Origin: an uncultured Candidatus Saccharibacteria bacterium
GTDB lineage: Bacteria > Patescibacteriota > Minisyncoccia > Phycocordibacterales > CAYQYW01
Assembly: GCA_964421995.1 (NCBI GenBank)
Contig: CAYQYW010000007.1
Span: forward strand, 1 to 45,427
DNA: 45,427 nucleotides
Direction: 5' to 3'
The notes beneath the pieces were generated by a model, which made no database searches, had not been told where the DNA came from, and was given only the letters and a program-made list of their open reading frames with translations. Below, piece after piece: positions 1 through 10,400 of the stretch. The translations under genes were made by a program, and so were the position numbers. Numbering within the stretch: position 1 is the stretch's first letter; each line of letters begins with the position of its first letter.

Positions 1-156
1 GTAATATCCTTGGCCGTAGTAATATCCTTGTCCGTAGTAGTAGCCTTGCGTGTAGTAATATCCTTGGTAATATCCTTGGCCGTAGTAATATCCTTGGCCG
101 TAGTAGTAACCTTGCGTGTAGTAATATCCTTCTGAATAGTACGTACCTTGAGCGTA
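1..156 (-). repeat. 18-bp coding tandem repeat (GYYYGQ-type units), paralog B
   Basis: Units such as gtaatatccttggccgta at 1-18, 67-84 and 85-102. Variant units at 19-54 and 103-156, plus one 12-bp unit at 55-66. Confidence 0.95.
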
Positions 157-2553
157 GGTACCCACATCCACATGTCCTGTTTTTGTTGATTCAGTACCAA
201 ACACCCGAGTCAACGTGTCAGCTTCATCATCAGTTTCCCCAGAGTAAAAGAGGTATCCTTTCTTCAAGGTAGCGCCTGCTCCAGTCTTGGAAATTGCAAT
301 CGTTCCATTAATTGTAATAGAAGTGCCAGGGTTAAATGCCCATGTTGCACCCTCGTTTAACGTCAACGTTATTCCTGAAGAAATCGTAAGATTTCCCTGA
401 TCCAACCCATCAACCACCGACACCGCACAGTCAGCAGAGAGTGTAGAGTCAGAACCGTCGGTCAGACCACTACAGGGGTCTGACCAAGCCATGGTGATAT
501 CATTGGTTGCACCTACTGCATTCGTTGCGATGAATTTTGTTCGGTAGACTTGTGTATGGGTGTCATGAACTACCCATGAGACGGAGAACGTGGTACCCGT
601 ACTGTCTGACGCAGTCTCTACAAGATCAAGGGTGAGCGTGATGGTATCAAGGTCGGTGATTGCCTGTACAGAAGTAATGGTTTCTGCAGACGTTACCTTT
701 ACTACCATAATCTGAGTATCTCCGACATATACGTGGAGGGGTTGTATATCAACGGTAATGAAATCAGGGTCTGCTCCTTTTCCTGATGATACTCGGTAGG
801 TAACGTCTTCACCTGCTGCTGCTCCGAGTGTGTAGTGTAGTGGCTGCTGATTTGCCTCTGCAATTTGTGGTGCAGTAACGGTGATAATACGAGCTACTTC
901 CTTTGCAGCATTACCATCACTGTCCGTAACGTTGTAGAGGATGAGGTAGTCTCCTGAAGTATTGTAGTCTACGGTATCTCCACTCAAGACTACCTCTTTA
1001 CTGAGGTTACCGTCTTCTGCGTCACGTGCTTCTACTCCTGGATCAGTGTAGATACCTCCTGGTTCTATCTCTACTACTTGGCTACCGATGAGGGTTAGAA
1101 CAGGTGTTGCGTCCTCTGGAGTAAGTGGTACTCCTACTCTACTCTCTACTATGGTGATGATTCGTACTATTTGTTCTGCTTTATTACCGTGACTATCAAT
1201 AACATCGTAGAGAATGAGGTAGTCTCCTGCTTTGTTGTAGTTGATGAAGTCACTGTTAATGATAACGTCAGCACTAATGTTTCCATCTTCTATGTCGAGT
1301 GCATCTACTCCGAGCTCTTCATACTTTCCTCCAGGCTGAAGGATAATCTTTTCTTTCCCTATCAAGACAAGTAGTGGTACGTTGTCTGTCTTTTCTTTCT
1401 TTAGTTCCTTGGTGGCGTCTTTACCACTGTATGCTCCTTGTGCGTAGATTGATTTCTCCTTGGTAGTGGTTGTTTGTGTAGCGATGGTGGTGGTGCTAAT
1501 GGTAAGATCTCCTTTAATTTTTTCAATGAGGTCTTCGATGAGCGGTGGTGTTTCTGTTGCTAATTTCTGAACTACTTCTTCTTGTGTTGGTTGATCTTCA
1601 ACGACAACAGGTGTGGGTGGTGTTTCAACAGCAACTTTTACTTCTTCTTGCACCGGTTCTTCTGGAATTACTTCAACAGGAATAACTTTTTCTTGCACCA
1701 CCACCTTTTCTCTTTCAGGAATAAACTGAGTGACGAACTGAACTACTTTCTTGCTCTGTACTTGAAGTTCTTTGAGTGGTACTTGGACTATGGTAACGAT
1801 AGGTTCAAGGATTGGTTTTAATGGTTGGTATAGTCGATCAAAGAGTGAGGGACCTTTTGGTGGCGTGATGGTACCAAGCTCTACTGGTCTGTTGTTGTAG
1901 AGAAAGATAACATTAGTGTCAGTGAAGAGTACTGATACGTGTTGCCACTCTCCTTTCTTGAGATAGGTTCCTGCAGTAACAATATGGTCTTCTGGTGTAA
2001 TGGCATAGATCTTTCCGTTCTCTTTAATACCAATACCATATCCGTTGGGTAGACCGTAGATGAAGATCTCTTGATCGACTACCACTTGTGGGTTAATCCA
2101 TATAGTAAATGCTTCTACGGTTCTGTCTTGTAGAGACCTAAGTGGTTCATCAATTTCTACAAAGACTCCGTCTTGTAGGATGGCAACGTTCTCATAGTTT
2201 CCTTCTACCCATGCAACTCCTCCTTTTTGATTTGAGAATTCTGCGTTCAGGCTTGCTCTTGTTAAGGGGCCAACGTATCCATATCCTCCTCCCTGGAGTG
2301 AGATGGCTCCGGTACGCTGTTGGTATCGTTGTACTGCTTTTCTTGTAGAGACACCGTACACTCCGGTGATTCTCCCTTCTGGATAGAGTGAGAGATCAGA
2401 TGCTAACCATTCTTGCAAGAGAATGACTTCGTCATTCTCTGATGCGAAGGAGAGGTTTTGGGTGAGAATAGATGAAGCAAATACATGAGACGGTAATAAC
2501 AGAAATCCAAACAAGAAGATAAATACATGTATTTTTGTAAATTGATGTATCAT
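1..2553 (-). CDS. Secreted PG-binding/LamG/Ig-like (DUF5011-type) surface protein with Tyr-rich GYYYGQ tail, paralog B; 3' end runs off the window
   Basis: Absent from the ORF track because there is no stop in the window. ATG at 2553 gives MIHQFTKIHVFIFLFGFLLLPSHVFA-SSILTQNLSF (signal peptide), in frame with the 2406-bp block shared with 4821..7424. The frame is open to base 1, ending ...QGYYYGQGYY. Confidence 0.88.
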   Translation of the reverse strand, partial: MIHQFTKIHVFIFLFGFLLLPSHVFASSILTQNLSFASENDEVILLQEWLASDLSLYPEGRITGVYGVSTRKAVQRYQQRTGAISLQGGGYGYVGPLTRASLNAEFSNQKGGVAWVEGNYENVAILQDGVFVEIDEPLRSLQDRTVEAFTIWINPQVVVDQEIFIYGLPNGYGIGIKENGKIYAITPEDHIVTAGTYLKKGEWQHVSVLFTDTNVIFLYNNRPVELGTITPPKGPSLFDRLYQPLKPILEPIVTIVQVPLKELQVQSKKVVQFVTQFIPEREKVVVQEKVIPVEVIPEEPVQEEVKVAVETPPTPVVVEDQPTQEEVVQKLATETPPLIEDLIEKIKGDLTISTTTIATQTTTTKEKSIYAQGAYSGKDATKELKKEKTDNVPLLVLIGKEKIILQPGGKYEELGVDALDIEDGNISADVIINSDFINYNKAGDYLILYDVIDSHGNKAEQIVRIITIVESRVGVPLTPEDATPVLTLIGSQVVEIEPGGIYTDPGVEARDAEDGNLSKEVVLSGDTVDYNTSGDYLILYNVTDSDGNAAKEVARIITVTAPQIAEANQQPLHYTLGAAAGEDVTYRVSSGKGADPDFITVDIQPLHVYVGDTQIMVVKVTSAETITSVQAITDLDTITLTLDLVETASDSTGTTFSVSWVVHDTHTQVYRTKFIATNAVGATNDITMAWSDPCSGLTDGSDSTLSADCAVSVVDGLDQGNLTISSGITLTLNEGATWAFNPGTSITINGTIAISKTGAGATLKKGYLFYSGETDDEADTLTRVFGTESTKTGHVDVGTYAQGTYYSEGYYYTQGYYYGQGYYYGQGYYQGYYYTQGYYYGQGYYYGQGYY
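67..2472. repeat. 2406-bp direct repeat, copy 1 (copy 2 at 4911..7316, offset 4844)
   Basis: Identical wherever I compared. Three shadow ORFs in the track recur with identical translation at +4844. Boundaries read directly: mismatch at 66/4910 and at 2473/7317. Confidence 0.95.
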
Positions 2554-2587
2554 AATACCTTTACATAATACTAACACATGTGTGTAT

Positions 2588-3553
2588 CTACCAATCACTA
2601 CTTTTCGCACAGTGTTGTACATACTCTTCCTTCATACCACGACATACAAGAGGGGCCTTGCGTGCATGATTTTCTTTAGTTTGAAAAGCCCACGATGCGG
2701 CATATTTACAATATAATATTCCTTTCTTTGTAGACATCTTCTCACACCGACTAATTGTTAAAGCAACATCGTACTCGCTAGAGTTAGGGGTGAATTTACC
2801 TATACCCTTAAAACATAATTCTCTAAATACAGTATCCTCAACATCACCGCAAAGCTTTCCCATATATACATAGTCTCCGTTATATACCTGGTTCCACCAC
2901 TGTCCTAGCTCATAATAGCAAGAAGTACGAAATTTATTTGGAACAGTAGTACATGGCTCATATGGATTATCCTCATCAAGAATACGAGCCTCAGTGCTAA
3001 TATTCGTTCCCGTAACAACTAGTGGCACATTATACTCCATAAACACGCCTGAGGTACATCCCGCAAGAGGATCTGGTTGATTGGTTAATTCACACGCGCT
3101 AAGTGCACCAAGCAGATCGGGACGCATATATTCTGCTATACCATGTCCAATTCCATGCTGACACGCAGAATCACCATTACATGTCTCATCAAGAGAAGCT
3201 AGTAACAGAAGACCAACATCAGCTATACCTGCTGTGAAAAATCCATGAAAACAACCAAAAGAAAATGTTCCGTCACATACCGCAACACCCTGAACTCCTC
3301 CTTTTGCATATAGTAGTTCACCAAAAATATGTGACGCGGTATGCTGTGTTCCCGGACGATTGTAGTAAAAATCTTTGAAAAGCGAATATGCGTTTTCTAA
3401 TCCTTTTGTGTCCAAAATACCATTCCATTTTTTGTATTCTCCTGGCACATCAATCACCGCTACTAAAGAATCAGATTCTGTAGAAGTATCTATGTAGATA
3501 AAGAAAGAGACAATGGCAATAAGAAAAACCCCTAAAAATACTCTAGCGTACAT
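2588..3553 (-). CDS. Membrane-anchored Cys/His-rich putative metalloprotein (five-His family), paralog 1
   Basis: N-terminal TM segment; motifs QHTASHIFG, GCFHG, CQHGIGHG, CTSGVFME, then repeated Cys pairs. Function unassigned. Confidence 0.85.
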   Translation of the reverse strand: MYARVFLGVFLIAIVSFFIYIDTSTESDSLVAVIDVPGEYKKWNGILDTKGLENAYSLFKDFYYNRPGTQHTASHIFGELLYAKGGVQGVAVCDGTFSFGCFHGFFTAGIADVGLLLLASLDETCNGDSACQHGIGHGIAEYMRPDLLGALSACELTNQPDPLAGCTSGVFMEYNVPLVVTGTNISTEARILDEDNPYEPCTTVPNKFRTSCYYELGQWWNQVYNGDYVYMGKLCGDVEDTVFRELCFKGIGKFTPNSSEYDVALTISRCEKMSTKKGILYCKYAASWAFQTKENHARKAPLVCRGMKEEYVQHCAKSSDW

Positions 3554-4793
3554 TTGGTGCTCTGCTTAAACAAGATTGCTGGTGCTGACTCGGAATCTTA
3601 CTACAAAGAGACTTGTGTAATTTCTCATTATAAATATAGAATCCAATATTCCATGAAAGCTGTTCGTAACAAAGATCAGACAGTTCCTCCTCTGCAATTT
3701 CACAAAAAGAAAAAGAAGGTGAAGGATCATTTTCACCACCCCAAAACAATGATGAAAGAGCTCCAAACGTACAGTATACCTTTCCATCCTTGTCACCAGA
3801 AAGAGAACACCACTCGTGTATCTTTGAAAGTTCTTCTTTATTTAAATTATTGATTTGGCGTATGTCTCTGTCCCTAGCAAGCGCAACAAATTCTTTACCA
3901 AACCCGCTATAGCATGCAGAACGATTTCTTTCTTCGGTTATTGGTATTTGATTACAAATTTTAAATGCTTTCTCGTAGTATGGAGGAAGTGGCTTACCTA
4001 AACTCATGCCCACATATTTAAAAAGGTGTGGTGTAAGGTAGGTGTAGCAAATCTGTTGTACTTTTGTATCCATATATGGTGCGTTACATGGAGAAAGAGG
4101 ATCTCCTTCTATAAAATAATTAGAAACTTGCTTCTCCCACTGAACACGATCGTGTACCCCTGCAATTAGTTCCATGACACCACCACCAACACACTCTGCA
4201 TATTCTCTATTGTTATATTCTTCCGTTGCCATTTTTTTACACATACCAACTGTTTTTTCAAAGTTATAGTTATTGTATGCAAGAACACCATGTCCTAACC
4301 CATGGAAACACATTGTGTACGCACCGGTGCCACCTGGTGCGTTTCTACACACTTCGGAAATTTCATCAAGCGCTTCTTCGCCTTGTTCATTAAAAAGACC
4401 GATGACAATTGAATGTGCACAAGCATTACGAAACTCTGGCGTACACGTGTGCACTGCATCAATTCCCTTCTGTATATAAAGCGTATCTCCAATAGTGTGT
4501 GCGAGAAGATGAAGGTCTAGTCCTTCACGAAGTTCCGCATGTCTCAAAAGTCTAAACGCATATTCACCTCCTTTTTTTTCTGCAATACTTTCAAAATAAT
4601 TTGCATATTCTTTTCCTCTCCACTCTCCTATTTTTTTAACTTCACTAAGTTCTCCAAGTTCTTCGTATCGTGTAAGATCAATCTCTTTACTTTCTCCTGT
4701 ATTGTTTACAAAAAAAATAAGAGACAAAGCAGTAATACCAACCAAAAAAAGTATAGTACGCTTACTAGTAAGTTTTGTGGAAAATATATTCAT
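3543..4793 (-). CDS. Membrane-anchored Cys/His-rich putative metalloprotein (five-His family), paralog 2
   Basis: N-terminal TM segment; motifs LHLLAHTIG, ACAHS, CFHGLGHG, CVGGGVME. The stop overlaps the next gene by 11 nt. Confidence 0.85.
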   Translation of the reverse strand: MNIFSTKLTSKRTILFLVGITALSLIFFVNNTGESKEIDLTRYEELGELSEVKKIGEWRGKEYANYFESIAEKKGGEYAFRLLRHAELREGLDLHLLAHTIGDTLYIQKGIDAVHTCTPEFRNACAHSIVIGLFNEQGEEALDEISEVCRNAPGGTGAYTMCFHGLGHGVLAYNNYNFEKTVGMCKKMATEEYNNREYAECVGGGVMELIAGVHDRVQWEKQVSNYFIEGDPLSPCNAPYMDTKVQQICYTYLTPHLFKYVGMSLGKPLPPYYEKAFKICNQIPITEERNRSACYSGFGKEFVALARDRDIRQINNLNKEELSKIHEWCSLSGDKDGKVYCTFGALSSLFWGGENDPSPSFSFCEIAEEELSDLCYEQLSWNIGFYIYNEKLHKSLCSKIPSQHQQSCLSRAPNVR

Positions 4794-4820
4794 AGTGCTA
4801 ATTTTACACTATTTTATACT

Positions 4821-7424
4821 TTAATCACAAATTGGATCACAAGTCTCTTGGTACAGCCCTTCATAGTAGCCTTCGTAATATCCTTGGCCGTAGTAGTAGC
4901 CTTGTCCGTAGTAATATCCTTGGCCGTAGTAATATCCTTGGCCGTAGTAGTAACCTTGCGTGTAGTAATATCCTTCTGAATAGTACGTACCTTGAGCGTA
5001 GGTACCCACATCCACATGTCCTGTTTTTGTTGATTCAGTACCAAACACCCGAGTCAACGTGTCAGCTTCATCATCAGTTTCCCCAGAGTAAAAGAGGTAT
5101 CCTTTCTTCAAGGTAGCGCCTGCTCCAGTCTTGGAAATTGCAATCGTTCCATTAATTGTAATAGAAGTGCCAGGGTTAAATGCCCATGTTGCACCCTCGT
5201 TTAACGTCAACGTTATTCCTGAAGAAATCGTAAGATTTCCCTGATCCAACCCATCAACCACCGACACCGCACAGTCAGCAGAGAGTGTAGAGTCAGAACC
5301 GTCGGTCAGACCACTACAGGGGTCTGACCAAGCCATGGTGATATCATTGGTTGCACCTACTGCATTCGTTGCGATGAATTTTGTTCGGTAGACTTGTGTA
5401 TGGGTGTCATGAACTACCCATGAGACGGAGAACGTGGTACCCGTACTGTCTGACGCAGTCTCTACAAGATCAAGGGTGAGCGTGATGGTATCAAGGTCGG
5501 TGATTGCCTGTACAGAAGTAATGGTTTCTGCAGACGTTACCTTTACTACCATAATCTGAGTATCTCCGACATATACGTGGAGGGGTTGTATATCAACGGT
5601 AATGAAATCAGGGTCTGCTCCTTTTCCTGATGATACTCGGTAGGTAACGTCTTCACCTGCTGCTGCTCCGAGTGTGTAGTGTAGTGGCTGCTGATTTGCC
5701 TCTGCAATTTGTGGTGCAGTAACGGTGATAATACGAGCTACTTCCTTTGCAGCATTACCATCACTGTCCGTAACGTTGTAGAGGATGAGGTAGTCTCCTG
5801 AAGTATTGTAGTCTACGGTATCTCCACTCAAGACTACCTCTTTACTGAGGTTACCGTCTTCTGCGTCACGTGCTTCTACTCCTGGATCAGTGTAGATACC
5901 TCCTGGTTCTATCTCTACTACTTGGCTACCGATGAGGGTTAGAACAGGTGTTGCGTCCTCTGGAGTAAGTGGTACTCCTACTCTACTCTCTACTATGGTG
6001 ATGATTCGTACTATTTGTTCTGCTTTATTACCGTGACTATCAATAACATCGTAGAGAATGAGGTAGTCTCCTGCTTTGTTGTAGTTGATGAAGTCACTGT
6101 TAATGATAACGTCAGCACTAATGTTTCCATCTTCTATGTCGAGTGCATCTACTCCGAGCTCTTCATACTTTCCTCCAGGCTGAAGGATAATCTTTTCTTT
6201 CCCTATCAAGACAAGTAGTGGTACGTTGTCTGTCTTTTCTTTCTTTAGTTCCTTGGTGGCGTCTTTACCACTGTATGCTCCTTGTGCGTAGATTGATTTC
6301 TCCTTGGTAGTGGTTGTTTGTGTAGCGATGGTGGTGGTGCTAATGGTAAGATCTCCTTTAATTTTTTCAATGAGGTCTTCGATGAGCGGTGGTGTTTCTG
6401 TTGCTAATTTCTGAACTACTTCTTCTTGTGTTGGTTGATCTTCAACGACAACAGGTGTGGGTGGTGTTTCAACAGCAACTTTTACTTCTTCTTGCACCGG
6501 TTCTTCTGGAATTACTTCAACAGGAATAACTTTTTCTTGCACCACCACCTTTTCTCTTTCAGGAATAAACTGAGTGACGAACTGAACTACTTTCTTGCTC
6601 TGTACTTGAAGTTCTTTGAGTGGTACTTGGACTATGGTAACGATAGGTTCAAGGATTGGTTTTAATGGTTGGTATAGTCGATCAAAGAGTGAGGGACCTT
6701 TTGGTGGCGTGATGGTACCAAGCTCTACTGGTCTGTTGTTGTAGAGAAAGATAACATTAGTGTCAGTGAAGAGTACTGATACGTGTTGCCACTCTCCTTT
6801 CTTGAGATAGGTTCCTGCAGTAACAATATGGTCTTCTGGTGTAATGGCATAGATCTTTCCGTTCTCTTTAATACCAATACCATATCCGTTGGGTAGACCG
6901 TAGATGAAGATCTCTTGATCGACTACCACTTGTGGGTTAATCCATATAGTAAATGCTTCTACGGTTCTGTCTTGTAGAGACCTAAGTGGTTCATCAATTT
7001 CTACAAAGACTCCGTCTTGTAGGATGGCAACGTTCTCATAGTTTCCTTCTACCCATGCAACTCCTCCTTTTTGATTTGAGAATTCTGCGTTCAGGCTTGC
7101 TCTTGTTAAGGGGCCAACGTATCCATATCCTCCTCCCTGGAGTGAGATGGCTCCGGTACGCTGTTGGTATCGTTGTACTGCTTTTCTTGTAGAGACACCG
7201 TACACTCCGGTGATTCTCCCTTCTGGATAGAGTGAGAGATCAGATGCTAACCATTCTTGCAAGAGAATGACTTCGTCATTCTCTGATGCGAAGGAGAGGT
7301 TTTGGGTGAGAATAGAGTACGTATAGGGAATACGTTCTGCAAAAACGTCTGGAATTAGAACTGAGAAAATAAGAAGTAGTGAAAAAAGAAAAAAAGTAAT
7401 TTTTTGTTGTATTCTTTTATACAT
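4821..7424 (-). CDS. Secreted PG-binding/LamG/Ig-like (DUF5011-type) surface protein with Tyr-rich GYYYGQ tail, paralog A
   Basis: Signal peptide MYKRIQQKITFFLFSLLLIFSVLIPDVFA (ORF extends to ATG 7451). PG-binding-like segment EVILLQEWL..YPEGRITGVYGVSTRKAVQRYQ..GYVGPLTRASLN. LamG-like segment FTIWINP..GEWQHVSV. P/E/V-rich linker. Two DUF5011-like repeats (PxLxLIG...DxEDGN...GDYLILYxVxDSxGN). Tail GYYYGQ repeats, then ETCDPICD. Confidence 0.88.
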   Translation of the reverse strand: MYKRIQQKITFFLFSLLLIFSVLIPDVFAERIPYTYSILTQNLSFASENDEVILLQEWLASDLSLYPEGRITGVYGVSTRKAVQRYQQRTGAISLQGGGYGYVGPLTRASLNAEFSNQKGGVAWVEGNYENVAILQDGVFVEIDEPLRSLQDRTVEAFTIWINPQVVVDQEIFIYGLPNGYGIGIKENGKIYAITPEDHIVTAGTYLKKGEWQHVSVLFTDTNVIFLYNNRPVELGTITPPKGPSLFDRLYQPLKPILEPIVTIVQVPLKELQVQSKKVVQFVTQFIPEREKVVVQEKVIPVEVIPEEPVQEEVKVAVETPPTPVVVEDQPTQEEVVQKLATETPPLIEDLIEKIKGDLTISTTTIATQTTTTKEKSIYAQGAYSGKDATKELKKEKTDNVPLLVLIGKEKIILQPGGKYEELGVDALDIEDGNISADVIINSDFINYNKAGDYLILYDVIDSHGNKAEQIVRIITIVESRVGVPLTPEDATPVLTLIGSQVVEIEPGGIYTDPGVEARDAEDGNLSKEVVLSGDTVDYNTSGDYLILYNVTDSDGNAAKEVARIITVTAPQIAEANQQPLHYTLGAAAGEDVTYRVSSGKGADPDFITVDIQPLHVYVGDTQIMVVKVTSAETITSVQAITDLDTITLTLDLVETASDSTGTTFSVSWVVHDTHTQVYRTKFIATNAVGATNDITMAWSDPCSGLTDGSDSTLSADCAVSVVDGLDQGNLTISSGITLTLNEGATWAFNPGTSITINGTIAISKTGAGATLKKGYLFYSGETDDEADTLTRVFGTESTKTGHVDVGTYAQGTYYSEGYYYTQGYYYGQGYYYGQGYYYGQGYYYGQGYYEGYYEGLYQETCDPICD
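4851..5000 (-). repeat. 18-bp coding tandem repeat (GYYYGQ-type units), paralog A
   Basis: Seven 18-bp units at 4875-5000 plus two 12-bp units (EGYY, EGLY) at 4851-4874. Confidence 0.95.
4911..7316. repeat. 2406-bp direct repeat, copy 2
   Basis: Matches 67..2472. Confidence 0.95.
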
Positions 7425-7496
7425 GAAAATTATATTAAAACTATACGCCATCTATACATAGGTGCAAGTAATTCCTGTGGTTAATTTCTTTTATAG

Positions 7497-10400
7497 TTAC
7501 ATATTTTCTGGTGTACTTGTTGCATTATTTGCTTGTTCTATAACCGATACGGTTCGGATTACTTCAATCGCCTGATTTTCTGAAGCGTCAGCCACGTTAT
7601 AACGGACTGTGTACTCACCAGTTGTTGTTGTGTCAATAGTTCCTGTTATAACTATCTGGTTAGATAAATCTCCATCAATTTCATCAACTGCAGTTGCACC
7701 TTCCTCTATATAATCAGCCTCTTGTTCAAGAGATATATTACTCTCACCAAGAAGTGTAATGACTGGAGCTAGTGTATCCGGTGTATCTAATGTATCTGGT
7801 GTACTTGGTGTACTTGGTGTACTTGGTGTACTTGTTGACACCTCTTCTCCAACAATCACCGTTCTTGTTGTTGATCCCTCATTCCCTGCTTCGTCTATTG
7901 CTGAATAGACAATAGTGTAAATGGTGCTTGTGCCAGTATCAAGAACTACTTCAACCACATCAACTCCATCTACTTGAATCGTGTGTCCTAAGTTTTCATT
8001 AACATTGTCAGTAACCGTAACTCCTAGATCACTATACTCAGCACCGAGCGAAACTTCAGCTGGATTATTTCCAATCACGGTAAGCACGGGTGGAATTGTA
8101 TCAGTAGTTTGTTGTACAGTTTGTGTGCCACACGCTCCTGGTATTGGAATCAACTCTCCATTCACCAATTCAATACACATTGGATCCCGCGTTACTTTGT
8201 CATAGATAGTAAATCCAGTTGGTTTTTCAATGTCTCCAATAGTAAGATCATCCGTTTGAATCACCAAAGCGACAATGCTATTAACCTGCAATACATCAAG
8301 CACCAATTCACCTAAATGAAGTACATCGTTAATAATTGTCCCTCCAAATGTCGCAAAGAATTCAGCAACGTTTTCTGTTGCACCTTCAAAACTAAAGGTG
8401 ATATCTTCGTTTTCAAAGTATATGGTGTCATCAAACTCTGGTACTACAAATCCTGTTACTCCATCATTGTTAAAGTTTGTCCATGTGTCTGAGTCAAACC
8501 GCGGTGATGTAAATCGGTAGGATACTCGTGTTGGCTTATCAGCAAGAAAAATTACTTTATTTTCAGCTTCATTAATTACATACGACACGTCAGCCCCTCC
8601 TTCTGAAGTTAGGAGAACTACTAACCGATCAATATGCTTTCTAATCGTTGAAGATTTTGCAAAGAGCCATAGGTCACTTCCAACTTCTTGTTCATCAAAA
8701 TTAATTTCATATAGGTATCCAATATTTCCTGCACTATCCGTCACTTGTGTATTAATGGTTACAACTCCTGTTGTTTCTTCTTTCTGTCCAATCATACCTG
8801 CAACATAGGTTGCATACTGCGTACCTCCAATACTATACACCGGGTCAATTGTTCCAGCGGTTAGCTTTCCTAGTCCTCCACCAACAAGAAGTGTATCAAT
8901 TGATGATGTTCCAATCATTGCACTCATTGCACCAGTACCAAGACTTGCAACTGCAAACCTAAATGCTGGTGTACTGGTTCCAATACCGACGTTTCCTGAG
9001 GAATCAATAACAAATCGATCGTTTGTACCAACCGAAGTATTATCTGAAATCCTAAACGTTGTATCGTCTACACCAATCGCAAAGTCATTATTTGACGTAA
9101 AGCGAATTTGAGCATCACCACCCCCCGCATTAATATTAATAGTACCACTTGCTCCAATATCACGTGTAAAGGTTGCAAGAGATGCGCCCGTTCCTCCTCC
9201 CGTAACGGTAAGCGCTACCCCACTTGCAGAATTTTGATCAATGGTAAACTTAGATGATAATACTGTTGTACCAACACCCACATTTCCGCTACTATCTATC
9301 CTCATCATCTCTGTAGCATCAGATCCGCTATCTTTACTTCCAAACGTAAGAGCAAATCGTGTACCAGCGTTTAACGCTTCAGAACGCATAAATCCTGTTA
9401 TATCACTTGGGTCACTTAAGTCATGTGAAAAGAACTCAAGACCTCCAATAACATCACCTGTACCAACGAACTCATCTGTAGTTTCAATTCGCACTATTGC
9501 TTCATCTCCAGGAACTCCATTTCCATTCTTGGAGACTGTCAGAAGTTTTCCTGGCACAGAGGTACCAATCCCCACCCTCCCTGCATCAGGATCAACAACA
9601 AAATCTGAGGTATCGACGGTAAGTCCTCCTGCAAAGGTACTTGTTGCCGTTGCACTACTTGCAACAAAGTTTAGTGCAGTAAGTTGTCCTGTGGTTACAT
9701 CATTTGCGTTGTTTACGAGAAACGCATCGTCTACATTAAGTGTGTCTCCTGAGAGGGTAATATTGGTGCCCCCTACGAGGTTTGTTTCTGCAGAGATATC
9801 GATTGAGGTGCCGAGATCAACAGTAAGTGCATTTCCTGAAACGGTAAGTCCTGTTCCTGCAAATTCATTGATTGAATCACCTCCTACGGTAAGTGTTCCT
9901 CCGAGTGTGAGATTACCTGCAGAGTCAAATGTACTGGTTGCGGTTCCTCCAAAGTATGATGTATCAAATACTGAAAAGAGTGTTGATGATGCATTAGTGA
10001 ATGACTGAAGACCCGTCCAACTGTTTGCATTCGCAAGGTTAAGTCCAACCGTAATTGCTGCTGTCTCACTACCTGATCCTCCGACCGTAATGGTTCCTGC
10101 TCCACTGTCTGCTACAGTTGCTGCGTAATTTCCTGTGGTGTGTGTTCCTAGTGTAATTAAGTCGTTGAGTGTTGAAGCTCCTGTTCCTCCGTTTGTTACT
10201 GAAAGATCAGTTCCAGACCAGTTGGAGTTGTTAATTGATGAAAGCGTAGCGAGTGATCCAAGGCCAAGTGATGTTCGTGCTGTTGCTGTTGATTCATATG
10301 CAAATGCTCCTGCTCCTGTTGCGACAATGAACTCTCCATCAGAAGCTGATGCTCCGAGTGTATTCAAGTCTTCTAGTACTCCTGTTGTTGTGAGTCCTCC

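Noticed and set aside
1-156. 18-bp repeats as a CRISPR array
   Set aside because: Units are contiguous with no spacers, are multiples of 3, vary at synonymous sites, and no cas genes are present.
4539-5116. ORFs 4814..5044 (KDITTA repeats), 4832..5116 and 4539..4979
   Set aside because: Alternative-frame or antisense readings of the Tyr repeat and neighbouring genes.
67-7316. Duplication as a diversity-generating retroelement TR/VR pair or a transposon
   Set aside because: No adenine-specific mismatches, and no reverse transcriptase, transposase or terminal inverted repeats in the window.
7446-7463. Possible third copy of the ACCT-N10-AGGT dyad upstream of paralog A
   Set aside because: Only one half-site matches and the orientation is reversed.
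9241-10008. 255-aa plus-strand ORF and the other antisense ORFs in the track
   Set aside because: Shadows of long, motif-bearing genes on the opposite strand, with no recognisable motifs of their own.
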